Shown piece after piece: positions 19,090 to 29,216 of a stretch of DNA of 64,000 bases. Position 1 is the stretch's first letter, and each line of letters begins with the position of its first letter. The translations under genes and the position numbers were made by a program. Location: the IMG/VR virus record IMGVR_UViG_3300020294_000003. One strand, 5' to 3'. The notes beneath the pieces are model-generated. The model was not told the origin of the DNA and searched no databases. It saw nothing but the letters and a program-made list of their open reading frames with translations. Source of the DNA: an uncultured virus (IMG/VR IMGVR_UViG_3300020294_000003). Taxonomy: Duplodnaviria > Heunggongvirae > Uroviricota > Caudoviricetes.

Positions 19090-19617
19090 CTATGTAGTAG
19101 TGTTTGTTTCAAAATATTGATATTGGAAAGTTACACCAAATGTTTCAACTTCGTCATTCGTTGCAAAATTCAAATCAATAGCCGCTATATCCACAGGATA
19201 AGCGCCTCTTAAAGTATAAGATTTTAATGTATTACCGTTTCTGTCCAACTGGTCAACAAAAGCGTCAACTTGATAGTCAACAGGATTTGATAATCCTTCG
19301 TTGTCTGACATATTGTTGATACCATTTTGCCATCTTTCAAAAGCATTTCTTAACTTAAAGTTCGTATCGTTAAGAACCGTAATTGACCAATCTGCAAATG
19401 TTCTATCACCTGCAACTTTGATCTGTCTACCTCTAAAAGGAACATTAACATTACCTACCGTCATAGCAGGTATTGTTGTACTTGTACATAGAAACGCTAA
19501 GTCTTCTATTTCTCCACCAACTTGTGCGTAACCAGGAAAAGGCATAGTTACCTTAAACTGATTGGCTCTTGCGCCACCACCAGCAAGTTTAGCTTTGAAG
19601 TCATTTATGTTTGCCAT
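19090..19617 (-). CDS. gp19: tail tube protein
   Basis: GGARANQF, VPFRGRQIKVAGDRTFADW, LRNAFERW. Confidence 0.95.
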   Translation of the reverse strand: MANINDFKAKLAGGGARANQFKVTMPFPGYAQVGGEIEDLAFLCTSTTIPAMTVGNVNVPFRGRQIKVAGDRTFADWSITVLNDTNFKLRNAFERWQNGINNMSDNEGLSNPVDYQVDAFVDQLDRNGNTLKSYTLRGAYPVDIAAIDLNFATNDEVETFGVTFQYQYFETNTTT

Positions 19618-19639
19618 TTTATTTTTTCTCCTCTACTAA

Positions 19640-21577
19640 TTACCCAGCGACTTCTTCAAAAGAAACGCCAGTTCTGGTTGCGACAAAAGATAATGTGATA
19701 AAGTTGATACTTCTTGCAGGTTTTACAAAAATTTCTGCAACAAATTCATTTCTATCAATTACTTCGCCTGTGTTGTTAGTTTCATCACACACTACTAAAA
19801 AGTCTGTGATACCACGTCTACCTTGTACTTCTCTTAAAAAAGGTTCTACAATGTTTCTAAAGTTCGCTCTTGTAAATTCGTCATTAAATTCAAAGAGTTG
19901 GAATTTAGAAGCAGTTGATACTGCCTTCTCTAAAGTGATGAACAATCGTCTAACATTGATTCTATCAAATGCACTCGGTGATGATAAACCAGTTTTATCT
20001 CCAAACAAGATTGTTCCTTGTCCTGAGAAAGTTGCAACTGGATTTACTCTACTTGTGTAAAGATCATCTCTTTGTGATTTTGTAGGATTATATGCTAATT
20101 TAGCAGCGCCTCTAATTACACCTCGGTTTAATCCTGCAGGTGAGAACCAAGAATCCGCTAATATGTCTGTTCTAGCAGCCAATCCAGCAATGTCTCCGTT
20201 TAATGGTACATATCTGTACACATCATTGTATCTATCGTAGCAATATTTGTAACCACTATCAAATACAACATAAGAAGATGATCTAATTCCATCAAAGAAA
20301 CCAGTTACATTACTTGTTTGTGTATTTGAGTTTGATACATTAACCACATCACTTCTTTGCGGTGAAGCGAATACAACTACATCTTTTCTATTTTCTGCAA
20401 TTGTAATCATACTTTCAACGTGTGAAGCAGAACCACTTGGTCCAGCGATTAATAATCCTACATCTACCGTGTCGGCGTCATTAAACTTCTCGTAAGCAGT
20501 TTTTAATTGACCGTCAGTAGCAGCAGAACCATCTACTCCGCCAGATAATGATTCACTTGTAGGTACATCAACAGCAGTAAATGTTGTTCCTGCGGCTGCG
20601 TTACCCCAATTGGTTCCAGAAGTGTTATGATCCATCCAAAATACGTAACTAGATTTGTTACTAATTACACTTGGATAGTAGTTAACATCTCCTTGTGGTG
20701 ATTTTGCGTCTGAAGCTTTTGATAATTTAGAATAAGATTCTAAAACCGTTCCAGGTACTCCTGAAACTCCTCCGTCTTCATCTATTACAACTACGTGTAT
20801 TTCATCGCCAGAACCTGATCTTGTAGAAGTCCAAGCAGAAGTTCCTGGAGCGCCATCAACTTGATCTGCGTATCTCCATTTTCTTTTGATTCTTGCGTTA
20901 TCTACAACAGCAGTTATTAAACCGCCTTCGCCTCTAGGATGTTGTACAATTGTTACGACCGTTGAAGTAAGGTTAGTTACTCTATATTTTTCACCAGTAG
21001 TAAAATCTACACCTGAAGCAGTTGAAGAAAACTCAATAACGTCTCCGATATTAAGGTAACTTGTTGCGTCTGAGTCAACCGTTATTGTAGTTGCACCAAC
21101 AGAAGCGCCTCCATCTACTTGTTGAGATGTAGTTGTTGTTTGTTCAAATGCGTTAGCACTTGGACAAGTTGCTACTGAAAGACTATTACCCCAAGCACCT
21201 GCTGATCTAGCAGCAAAAGTACCTACTGAACCTTGTCCAGTTGAGTAATTATCTTCGTAGTCTTGTTTATTTTTTACAAGCAAACCAGAGCCACCAGCGG
21301 TAGCGTTGACTAAACTTGTTTGGGTAGCTCGTACTACTCTTAATGAGTTAGAATATTGTAAGAAGTTAGCAGCGCTGAAAAAATACTCAAAGTTCGTACT
21401 ATCAGGTTTACCAAACGTATCTACAAGTTCTTGTTCACTAGAAATAGAAACTATCTCATCTAACGGACCTTTGCTGAATTGTCCAGCAACTGCACCGATT
21501 GAAGTTGATACTGCAGGAATGATTCTTGTTAAATCTCTTTCCTGTACGAGAACACCAGGTGATACTTGAAATGCCAT
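19640..21577 (-). CDS. gp18: tail sheath protein
   Basis: SPGVLVQERD, WFSPAGLNRG, FDRINVRRLF, KPARSINFI. Confidence 0.97.
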   Translation of the reverse strand: MAFQVSPGVLVQERDLTRIIPAVSTSIGAVAGQFSKGPLDEIVSISSEQELVDTFGKPDSTNFEYFFSAANFLQYSNSLRVVRATQTSLVNATAGGSGLLVKNKQDYEDNYSTGQGSVGTFAARSAGAWGNSLSVATCPSANAFEQTTTTSQQVDGGASVGATTITVDSDATSYLNIGDVIEFSSTASGVDFTTGEKYRVTNLTSTVVTIVQHPRGEGGLITAVVDNARIKRKWRYADQVDGAPGTSAWTSTRSGSGDEIHVVVIDEDGGVSGVPGTVLESYSKLSKASDAKSPQGDVNYYPSVISNKSSYVFWMDHNTSGTNWGNAAAGTTFTAVDVPTSESLSGGVDGSAATDGQLKTAYEKFNDADTVDVGLLIAGPSGSASHVESMITIAENRKDVVVFASPQRSDVVNVSNSNTQTSNVTGFFDGIRSSSYVVFDSGYKYCYDRYNDVYRYVPLNGDIAGLAARTDILADSWFSPAGLNRGVIRGAAKLAYNPTKSQRDDLYTSRVNPVATFSGQGTILFGDKTGLSSPSAFDRINVRRLFITLEKAVSTASKFQLFEFNDEFTRANFRNIVEPFLREVQGRRGITDFLVVCDETNNTGEVIDRNEFVAEIFVKPARSINFITLSFVATRTGVSFEEVAG

Positions 21578-21669
21578 AAGTTATTCTCCTCTAATTAGCT
21601 AATTTAGTTGTCATTTTATTCAAAACTCGTATTATTCATACGCCCATAGTTAAATTTCATTCTTACTGA

Positions 21670-21677
21670 TATTTATA
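21670..21677 (-). promoter_or_regulatory. late promoter TATAAATA (gp18)
   Basis: Exact consensus in the intergenic region. Confidence 0.8.
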
Positions 21678-21689
21678 ATAAACACAAAC

Positions 21690-23330
21690 CTAATGGTTTT
21701 TACGCACCACAGGTATCCATCTATCTCCATATTCGTCTATTGTTTCTTCATTTTCTTCAGTATTAACACCGTCATCTACAAAACCAAACGGTGCCATATC
21801 TTGTTCTATTAAATTTTGTTGTTCAGCATACATTTGCATACGAGCATTTTGATTAGTCAATTCTTTGAAGTATCCTTGATTTGATACCCAACCAAAGATA
21901 ACTAAGCACATCATCAAATCATCATTGCTACCGTCCTCAGCCTGCCAGGATTGACCTCTTTTAGCAAAAGTTGACATTTCCTCTATGATTTTGAAAGAGT
22001 TAATAATTAACTTATCTCCTTCAATTAATGTCTTTAAATTAGCACATCCTACTCGTTTAATCTGTTTTGTCATACGAACACCTAGAGATGAACCACGACC
22101 ACTATACATAGCACCTAATATTTGACCAGCACGACCTTTTTGAGTACACATTAATACATTAGGATATTCTATCTCATATTGTAGTGCTTCTGCTATCTGT
22201 TGACCTATATCGTTTACTTCAGTTAATATGTGTGCTTGATTATATCTTTTTGCAATTTCAGATATAATATTAGGAAATACAAAAGGTTTTACTTCATTAT
22301 TTTTATATATTGCAACTACTCTAAATGGCATTTTAGTTACATCAAATACAACAAACGCCGAGTAATCTTTATCTACACCTCTTGCGACATCTACGGTTAC
22401 AACATATGTACGACCTTTAATAGGTTCTTCAAATTGTTCTACACTTTGTTTTGATCTTTTAGGTGTATCATAAACTAAAGATTTAATTTTAGAAGGACTA
22501 ATAAGTGTATTAACAGAACCTAAAAACTCACACTCAAACTCTTGTTGAAATTGCTCAGGTGATGTATTTCTAATTGTTTGTTCTTTCCACTCATCATCTC
22601 TACCTGGTACCTCTGACCAATGTACATCAATAGGTATGTAATCGTTTCTTTTCTTTTCTGCGTCTATCCATAGTTTATAAAATTGATTCATACCATAAGG
22701 TGTTGATACTATAATCATTTTTGTTTTTTGTCCTGAAGATATTGTAGGATAAACGGAACTAAAAAACATTTCAGCAATGTTTGTAGGTACGAAAGCAAAC
22801 TCATCAAGGAATATTATATTATATGAACCACCCCTAATAGCACTTGAAGATGTAGCAGCGGCAACAATAGTTGATTTGTTTTCTAATTCTATATTACCTT
22901 TGTTCCAATTGATAACACCTTGTTGCATCCATTTTGGTAAATTTTCATATGCAAGTTGAAGTCTTCCTAATATATCTCTAGCAGTAGAAGATTTATTGGC
23001 AAGTATAGCAACATTTGTATTTGGATTAAACATTGCATAGTGCATTAGATAAGCAACCGTTGTAGTTGATTTACCTGATTGTCTAGGTAGTTTGCAAATT
23101 GTAAATCTGTTATTATGAATAGTATTAACTATCTTCTTTTGAAAGTCATACATTTTAAAAGGAACAAGTCCTTCATCTAAGGAAACAATTTGCATATAGG
23201 TTTCCATAAAATATATAGGATTATTAGCACACTTTTGATATTCTACTATTTGTTCTTTAGTAAAACTAACTGGTGTGTTAACTTTCTTTAAATTAGGGTT
23301 ACCTAAATATGCGTCATTTACATTAGCCAT
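21690..23330 (-). CDS. gp17: terminase large subunit (start moved to MANVNDAYLGNPNLK)
   Basis: YLGNPNLKK, PRQSGKST, IFLDEFAF, DVARG, DDLMM. Confidence 0.97.
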   Translation of the reverse strand: MANVNDAYLGNPNLKKVNTPVSFTKEQIVEYQKCANNPIYFMETYMQIVSLDEGLVPFKMYDFQKKIVNTIHNNRFTICKLPRQSGKSTTTVAYLMHYAMFNPNTNVAILANKSSTARDILGRLQLAYENLPKWMQQGVINWNKGNIELENKSTIVAAATSSSAIRGGSYNIIFLDEFAFVPTNIAEMFFSSVYPTISSGQKTKMIIVSTPYGMNQFYKLWIDAEKKRNDYIPIDVHWSEVPGRDDEWKEQTIRNTSPEQFQQEFECEFLGSVNTLISPSKIKSLVYDTPKRSKQSVEQFEEPIKGRTYVVTVDVARGVDKDYSAFVVFDVTKMPFRVVAIYKNNEVKPFVFPNIISEIAKRYNQAHILTEVNDIGQQIAEALQYEIEYPNVLMCTQKGRAGQILGAMYSGRGSSLGVRMTKQIKRVGCANLKTLIEGDKLIINSFKIIEEMSTFAKRGQSWQAEDGSNDDLMMCLVIFGWVSNQGYFKELTNQNARMQMYAEQQNLIEQDMAPFGFVDDGVNTEENEETIDEYGDRWIPVVRKNH

Positions 23331-23955
23331 TGTACACTTGATCTTTATAATCGCTTGGTTTATCGTATCCTTTATACGTGTGTCCGTTTCCTCCAAACCA
23401 ACCTGTTATAATATATTTTTCGTGCTTATCAGATATTTGACCGCTATGTGTATGTGTAAAATCTGTTGGCCAAATTAAAGTCAAACCTTTTTTACAAGGC
23501 GTTGTTATATTTTGATATTTAAAATGCGTACCTGCGTCTGGAGTATCAGTTAGATATGTCATCCATACAAGACAACGATTTTCATTTTTAGATGTTCTCT
23601 CACAATGTTCAGCAAAATAACCAGCACCTGGTCTATAATATTGTATGTTAGCACCTTCGGTCATTCCGTATGCGTTCCATTCTTTTAATTCAGGATACTT
23701 ATTTTCATATAATTCAACACATTGTTTTAATGATTTTTTATAATTTTTAAATGCAGGATCAGTATAATTTGGATGTATTCCTAAATCAATTGAATCTTTA
23801 TTTTCTATATTAACATTATATGGACCACCTATAACACCTTGTTTATGATGTTTAGGATTTTTATGAAATAAATCTATAAGAGCAGAGCATATATTTGGAT
23901 TAATATACCAACCACCTATAAAACTTTCTAATGGAAATTTATGTTCTTCAAGCAT
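23323..23955 (-). CDS. 2OG-Fe(II) oxygenase (prolyl-hydroxylase-like)
   Basis: NIQYY...EHCE...LVWMTYL...GLTLIWPTDFTHTH...KYIITGW. Confidence 0.85.
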   Translation of the reverse strand: MLEEHKFPLESFIGGWYINPNICSALIDLFHKNPKHHKQGVIGGPYNVNIENKDSIDLGIHPNYTDPAFKNYKKSLKQCVELYENKYPELKEWNAYGMTEGANIQYYRPGAGYFAEHCERTSKNENRCLVWMTYLTDTPDAGTHFKYQNITTPCKKGLTLIWPTDFTHTHSGQISDKHEKYIITGWFGGNGHTYKGYDKPSDYKDQVYNG

Positions 23956-24538
23956 TTAACTCCTCCAATTGTTTTTTCAATTTGTCAATCTTCGCCTGTT
24001 TTTCTTCTTCAGGAGATAAGACTTTAGAATTAGGAAGTCTTTTTAGAAAATGTAAAATACCTCCATCTATATTAGATTGTGCCCAAACTACATATCCTAA
24101 TTTTTTTCTGAAATCTAAATTGAATTGATCTTGTGGAAAACAATACGCATAATTAACTACAAACTTATCTTTAATTAATTCTTTAAATTTATTATCTAAT
24201 GCTATAGCAACTTCTTCATTATCTGCGTGTAAGTTGCCATCCATAATATCTTTTTTTTCACTTTCAAAATTATTAGCGTGCCAATTTTGGGAATGCCAAT
24301 GTATACCTGCAAATTTATTTCCATCAAAAGCACCTAACCAACGAAAGGCACCTATTCTAAATTTTTCAAATATTTTACCAGTTGATTGTGAACCATCTTT
24401 ATTTTTTAATAGTACACTTGTATTTAATTCAAATTGTAATCTATTCAATTCTTGTTGTACTTTAGCATCACTAAAACCTTTTTCATCTTTTAGATAACTC
24501 TTTGCTAAAAGTAAATCTATTTCTCTAACTTCAATCAT
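23948..24538 (-). CDS. hypothetical protein, possibly GNAT-fold
   Basis: WLGAFDGNKFAG and NLDFRKKLGY resemble GNAT motifs; AGGAG RBS upstream. Confidence 0.45.
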   Translation of the reverse strand: MIEVREIDLLLAKSYLKDEKGFSDAKVQQELNRLQFELNTSVLLKNKDGSQSTGKIFEKFRIGAFRWLGAFDGNKFAGIHWHSQNWHANNFESEKKDIMDGNLHADNEEVAIALDNKFKELIKDKFVVNYAYCFPQDQFNLDFRKKLGYVVWAQSNIDGGILHFLKRLPNSKVLSPEEEKQAKIDKLKKQLEELNA

Positions 24539-24555
24539 TTAAAACTCCTTATTAT

Positions 24556-24563
24556 TACTTATA
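24556..24563 (-). promoter_or_regulatory. late promoter variant TATAAGTA
   Basis: Intergenic, upstream of the two genes inserted between gp16 and gp17. Confidence 0.6.
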
Positions 24564-24578
24564 AGAGTTTTAAAAGTG

Positions 24579-25064
24579 TTATTTGGGTGTGATGTCTTTA
24601 CCTTCAAATTTTTCATTTTCACTTTTCCTCTCACTATTTGTTTCAATAGTTTTTTTATTTAACATCTTTTGTAGTTCAGTTGTTGAACCTACAAATAAAG
24701 CATTTTTTATATTGGCATTTGTTTTATTAGGTACTTCTTTTAGGTCTTTTAATTTTTTTTGTAAGTCTTGTAACTTGTCAACCGTTTGTCCTACTTGACC
24801 AATTAATTGTCCTGCAACTTCGTATGCTCTAGGATGTTGACCTTCTTTTGCAATATCAAGTATACCTTGTATTGCCTCTTGTCCTTTTTCTATTAGACTA
24901 TAATAACTTTCTCTACTATAATCATAATCTGTATTAATATCTTTTTCAACTGCTAATTCTAACTGACCTTCTTTTCTTTCAACAGGAGGACTAAATTCTT
25001 TTTGTATATTTGTAGGTGTATCAACACCTAATATTTCATTTACTTTTTCTTCAAGTTTATTCAT
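24579..25064 (-). CDS. gp16: terminase small subunit
   Basis: DYDYSRE, HPRAYEVAGQLI, NALFVGSTTELQKML. Confidence 0.92.
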   Translation of the reverse strand: MNKLEEKVNEILGVDTPTNIQKEFSPPVERKEGQLELAVEKDINTDYDYSRESYYSLIEKGQEAIQGILDIAKEGQHPRAYEVAGQLIGQVGQTVDKLQDLQKKLKDLKEVPNKTNANIKNALFVGSTTELQKMLNKKTIETNSERKSENEKFEGKDITPK

Positions 25065-25867
25065 TACGTATCACTTCCACTTGATGGATCATATCTCTTA
25101 CCATCATTAAAGAAACTAATTGTAGTTGTAAATCCAAAATCATCATCTGCGTCAGCAGTTGTTGGATTAGGTAATATTACAACTCTTTCTTCCCTTGTTA
25201 ATTGAGGTTCTGTATCTGTCCCCAAATCTGCTTGTGTTTTTTTAATAACACCTTGATTGTTCATAGGACCAAACAAGTATGTTTTAGCAGTAAAGTTAAT
25301 AGTATATATAACGGCTCTACGAGTGGTAAAATCTCCGTCATAACTATCCTCATAATTAATATTGCCTAATACAATAGGTATATCTCTTTTAATATCTAAA
25401 TTAGGAACCATATTTACCGTTACCGTATAGTCAGGTTGAAAGTATGGTAAAATCTGTTCAACTATTTGTAATCCATCTTCAGCAGTTGCTGTAAAAAGAT
25501 ATAATTGTAAATTAATATTGTATGGCACAGGTGTATAATTAAAGTTTACTTTCTTACCATCTTCACCTGATTTCACTTGTGAATATTTTTGAACACGAGT
25601 TAATTTTCTAGTAGGGTCATAATTAAGACCTGTAATCTCAAAACCCATACGAGGTAAAGATGTTGCAAATTCTCTACTATTTAAATTTGCTTGTTGATCT
25701 AATCTTACCATAAACTTTTCTTTGGGTGCATATGCAAGAGGTACTTTTATTCTAGCAGTTACACCACCTGTACTATTAGTTCTTTGTATAACTATATTAT
25801 TAAACACTTGTCCAAATGCAATAATAAGTTTTCTTAAACTTTGATTATAAAATCTATTACCTAACAT
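25064..25867 (-). CDS. gp15: tail sheath stabiliser / terminator
   Basis: KVPLAYAPKEKF, LPRMGFE, PVPYN, QIVEQILPYFQP. Confidence 0.95.
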   Translation of the reverse strand: MLGNRFYNQSLRKLIIAFGQVFNNIVIQRTNSTGGVTARIKVPLAYAPKEKFMVRLDQQANLNSREFATSLPRMGFEITGLNYDPTRKLTRVQKYSQVKSGEDGKKVNFNYTPVPYNINLQLYLFTATAEDGLQIVEQILPYFQPDYTVTVNMVPNLDIKRDIPIVLGNINYEDSYDGDFTTRRAVIYTINFTAKTYLFGPMNNQGVIKKTQADLGTDTEPQLTREERVVILPNPTTADADDDFGFTTTISFFNDGKRYDPSSGSDT

Positions 25868-26682
25868 TATGCTGAGTCCTCATCTCCAAAAGGATTTCTT
25901 TCAGTAAAGTCTAATATATCATCTAATGCTGATGATGTATCAAATCCTGCTTCAGTATCTAAATCTGTATTAGACGCATATGCTGATTGTGTTTGTAATA
26001 CGGATGCTGTAAAGTCTTCGTTCATTAAAAATTGTGGTTCACCTGTAGGTAAGTCTTGTTCTAATCTTATTGATCCTTCACCATCTAAAGCAACTTGACC
26101 ACTTTCTAAACTAAACTTATAATTTAATTGATCTAAAGTGTATTTGTCTTCAGCACCATCTATAACTTCTAAACCTGTATCTAGTTTTTCACTAGAGTAT
26201 TCCCAACGTGTTACTCTTAATTTGTAAACTGGTAATTGACCTAATGCAAAGAAAGGTTCCTGATCTTCAACAAATTGAATCTCAAAAAATGAGTTCATTA
26301 AAGGATAGTAAATTATATCACCTTCGTTTGGTCTACCTGTAGCAATTAAACTATCTTTTAAACCAACGTGATATTCCCACGCTCTTTTAGATACCATAAA
26401 TGTAGTATCTTCTCTAATCTCTAAACCAAATTTTGAAACTATTTCTTGTTGACCTGCAAAACCTTCAGTTGATTCAACATACATTTCAACCATCCAAGAG
26501 TCATCAAACCTAGAAGTAGTATCTTCTCCTAGAATTAAATCTCTATTGACTAGTGTTCTCGGTAGGTAATAAACATCGTGGCCGTAAATTTTAAGACCCT
26601 CTACAATTAAATCTTCGTAAAGTCTTTTTTCGTTTTGATTACCTATACCGTTGCCACCTTGAAAGTAATGATTAACTGGCAT
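25867..26682 (-). CDS. gp14: neck protein
   Basis: GHDVYYLPR, SKFGLEIR, RPNEGDIIY, DFTERNPFG. Confidence 0.95.
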   Translation of the reverse strand: MPVNHYFQGGNGIGNQNEKRLYEDLIVEGLKIYGHDVYYLPRTLVNRDLILGEDTTSRFDDSWMVEMYVESTEGFAGQQEIVSKFGLEIREDTTFMVSKRAWEYHVGLKDSLIATGRPNEGDIIYYPLMNSFFEIQFVEDQEPFFALGQLPVYKLRVTRWEYSSEKLDTGLEVIDGAEDKYTLDQLNYKFSLESGQVALDGEGSIRLEQDLPTGEPQFLMNEDFTASVLQTQSAYASNTDLDTEAGFDTSSALDDILDFTERNPFGDEDSA

Positions 26683-26686
26683 AGTA

Positions 26687-27508
26687 TTATCCTATCATAA
26701 AGGCTGGGTTTAATTCGTAAGTAGTTCTTATTTCTGTTTCTAATTTTTCTATATCAGTAAGTGCTTCAGAATATATTTGTTGTCCATTTAAAGTTACGCC
26801 ACCAACCATTGCAACTCCATTGAATTTAGATAAGTTAGCACCCCATTGTTTTTTAAATAAAGCAGTTACATATCTTTTTAAATATATGTCATTAAAAATA
26901 TCTGTATAAGTGTTAGGGTCTAATCTTCTATAACATTCTATTACTAACCATTCATCTTCGTCTAAATCATTTTTCCAATCCATATCAATATATAATCTAT
27001 TATCGTGTTGATTAAATCTCATAGGTTTTTCACCTACTAATATATGGTCTAAAAAATCTAAATGTCTTAATACAACATCATAGTTGATTATAGATGTAGA
27101 AGAAAAATCATAAAGGTCATTTAATCTTAATTGATACCTAACATCAAATAGATTCATATTACCTTTATTTGAGAATGGGAATATATTAATTACAGATAAA
27201 ACGGTTTCAGGAACAACGAGATAATTCTTATCTTCGTACCAAGTTGTTGAAACACTTGAATCTTTTAAATCTGTCTTTGTTTCACTTTCCTGATTTAAAC
27301 CTGACAAACGAGCTTTGTCAGCAGCAGTTAATTTGTATTTTAGATATGTTCTTCTAATACCATCAGAATGAAATTGCTGAAAGTATTGTACTGCTTCGTC
27401 TATTCTATCTTCTAATTGGTCGTCATCAGCATTAATTTCAATTACTGGTTTACCCAATGCTCTTAATGCGTATTGCTTTAATGTTTCTCTTGTAGCTGGT
27501 ACTGCCAT
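26687..27508 (-). CDS. gp13: neck protein
   Basis: LRALGKPVIEIN, KKQWGANLSKF, GGVTLNG. Confidence 0.95.
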   Translation of the reverse strand: MAVPATRETLKQYALRALGKPVIEINADDDQLEDRIDEAVQYFQQFHSDGIRRTYLKYKLTAADKARLSGLNQESETKTDLKDSSVSTTWYEDKNYLVVPETVLSVINIFPFSNKGNMNLFDVRYQLRLNDLYDFSSTSIINYDVVLRHLDFLDHILVGEKPMRFNQHDNRLYIDMDWKNDLDEDEWLVIECYRRLDPNTYTDIFNDIYLKRYVTALFKKQWGANLSKFNGVAMVGGVTLNGQQIYSEALTDIEKLETEIRTTYELNPAFMIG

Positions 27509-27529
27509 AAAAATCCTTATCTTTTATAC

Positions 27530-27537
27530 TATTTATA
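27530..27537 (-). promoter_or_regulatory. late promoter TATAAATA (gp13)
   Basis: Exact consensus in the intergenic region. Confidence 0.8.
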
Positions 27538-27541
27538 AGAT

Positions 27542-28222
27542 TTATTTAATGGTAGGAAAGAGATTATCAGCACAAAACAACTTAATATCTTCTTCAGGTA
27601 ACCCTAGTGATTGCATAGTTTTAGGGGTGTGAGGATTCTTTTGTTGATTTTCACAATAAAAATTTTGTGCTCTTATGACATCTTCCTCGTTAGAATCACT
27701 ATTAAAATGTCCTATTTTATCAATATATGCGTTTAAATTAGATAATGCTAAAGTACAAATTTGTTCTAATTCTTTTTCTTCTCTTACATTACCAGCAGCA
27801 ATCATACCTTCACTAAAGATTGCTTTTGCCCAATCAGGTAATTCTCTTACTTTTGATGGTTTAAACCATTTGTTTTCTTCTATAAACCATCTTGTTAATG
27901 GGTGTTCTTTCTTTAGTAATGGAGAAAAATCGTGGAACGCACCTGTAATTTTATTCTTACCTGCAATAATATCAAAACCGTAAATAGGTCCGCCATTTTT
28001 TTTCATAGGAAATAAACATATATGTGCCATCCATAATCCTTTAGTTTCTCTGGCGTCAACTACATCAACGTGTGCTCGTCTGATACTCATATTAGACCAA
28101 GTACGATTTGTCCAACCAGGTTTATTAAATCTATCCATACCTGGTTCTTTGTATTCTGTTAAATGTTTGTCTAAAACTTCTATGATTTCTTTTTCTAGTT
28201 TAATTAATCTTTCCCAAATCAT
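27542..28222 (-). CDS. pcyX: ferredoxin-dependent bilin reductase, PcyX/PcyA-like
   Basis: RRAHVDVVD, PIYGFDII, GAFHDFSP, RELPDWAKAIFS, YCENQQKNPHT; coupled to a heme oxygenase. The subfamily call is by recall. Confidence 0.8.
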   Translation of the reverse strand: MIWERLIKLEKEIIEVLDKHLTEYKEPGMDRFNKPGWTNRTWSNMSIRRAHVDVVDARETKGLWMAHICLFPMKKNGGPIYGFDIIAGKNKITGAFHDFSPLLKKEHPLTRWFIEENKWFKPSKVRELPDWAKAIFSEGMIAAGNVREEKELEQICTLALSNLNAYIDKIGHFNSDSNEEDVIRAQNFYCENQQKNPHTPKTMQSLGLPEEDIKLFCADNLFPTIK

Positions 28223-28884
28223 TAATCTTTACCTTCAATGTCTGTTCCTTTGAAAGGATCATTTTCGGTATCTCTATTATCACTTGTAAATTCAAAAACT
28301 TCATTAGTTAATACTAAAGGTTTATTAATTTCATTCATCTCTTTAAACAATTCTGTAGCAGATTCAAAACAATAAGTTACTTCAGCCATCACATTAATTT
28401 GATAAGTGTTTAAATATTCATTGATGATTTCTTTAACTATTCTTTTATATTCTTGTCCTTTACCTAAAAAATCATAATAACCTTTTACAGGTACTTTTTT
28501 AGAAATCATTTGACCACCAGATAGATCACCTAAATGTCTAACGTAAATATGTCCGTATAGTTTTTCAGGATCGTCTTGTATAGTTTCTATGTGTTTAACG
28601 TATGCTTGTGTACTAGGAGTTATTTGTGGTGGATTTGATAGATCAGGCCACAACTTTTTGTAATCTCTATGTATGTTTTCTGCTCTTTGTAGACCAGGTG
28701 TTTGTCTAAACAAATCATTTGCCATTCCATACTTTTCTAGTACAGAATAACATTGTAATTGATTATAGAGATAGATAGCGTACAATTCTGGACGAATCGT
28801 ACCACTCATTAAAGTTTTTACAAACTCTTGTCGCTCTGCGTTTTGATGAATCTCTTTTGTGAGCTCTTTGATGTCATAAGCCAT
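28222..28884 (-). CDS. hemO: heme oxygenase
   Basis: KELTKEIHQNAE (proximal His) and HIYVRHLGDLSGGQ signature. Confidence 0.92.
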   Translation of the reverse strand: MAYDIKELTKEIHQNAERQEFVKTLMSGTIRPELYAIYLYNQLQCYSVLEKYGMANDLFRQTPGLQRAENIHRDYKKLWPDLSNPPQITPSTQAYVKHIETIQDDPEKLYGHIYVRHLGDLSGGQMISKKVPVKGYYDFLGKGQEYKRIVKEIINEYLNTYQINVMAEVTYCFESATELFKEMNEINKPLVLTNEVFEFTSDNRDTENDPFKGTDIEGKD

Positions 28885-28914
28885 AATATAAAACCAGCAA
28901 TTTAAAAGTTAGAA

Positions 28915-29193
28915 TTATTCTGCCGCTCTTGCAGCTTCTAATTCTGTTTCTTTTGTCTTGTCAGCAGCAGTAGCAGCAGCTCTTTCTTCTTCTTTTTGAG
29001 TCTGAGCGTCTGTTTCGTTTTTACCTTCAGCAAATATAACTACATTGCCACTATCGTCTAAAGATAATCTCCAAGACTCAACATCAGCAATACCAGTCTT
29101 TTTAACTGCGATACCTTTTGCAACTGCGTCATCACCAGCAACCGTATTACCAGTAAAAGGTTCTTTAGTTGCAATATTAAAATAATAATCCAT
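28915..29193 (-). CDS. hypothetical protein (92 aa), possible fibre assembly chaperone
   Basis: Directly downstream of the 497-aa putative fibre-tip gene; GAAGGA RBS. Confidence 0.5.
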   Translation of the reverse strand: MDYYFNIATKEPFTGNTVAGDDAVAKGIAVKKTGIADVESWRLSLDDSGNVVIFAEGKNETDAQTQKEEERAAATAADKTKETELEAARAAE

Positions 29194-29216
29194 TTTTTAT
29201 GTTCCTTCTATGTTAA

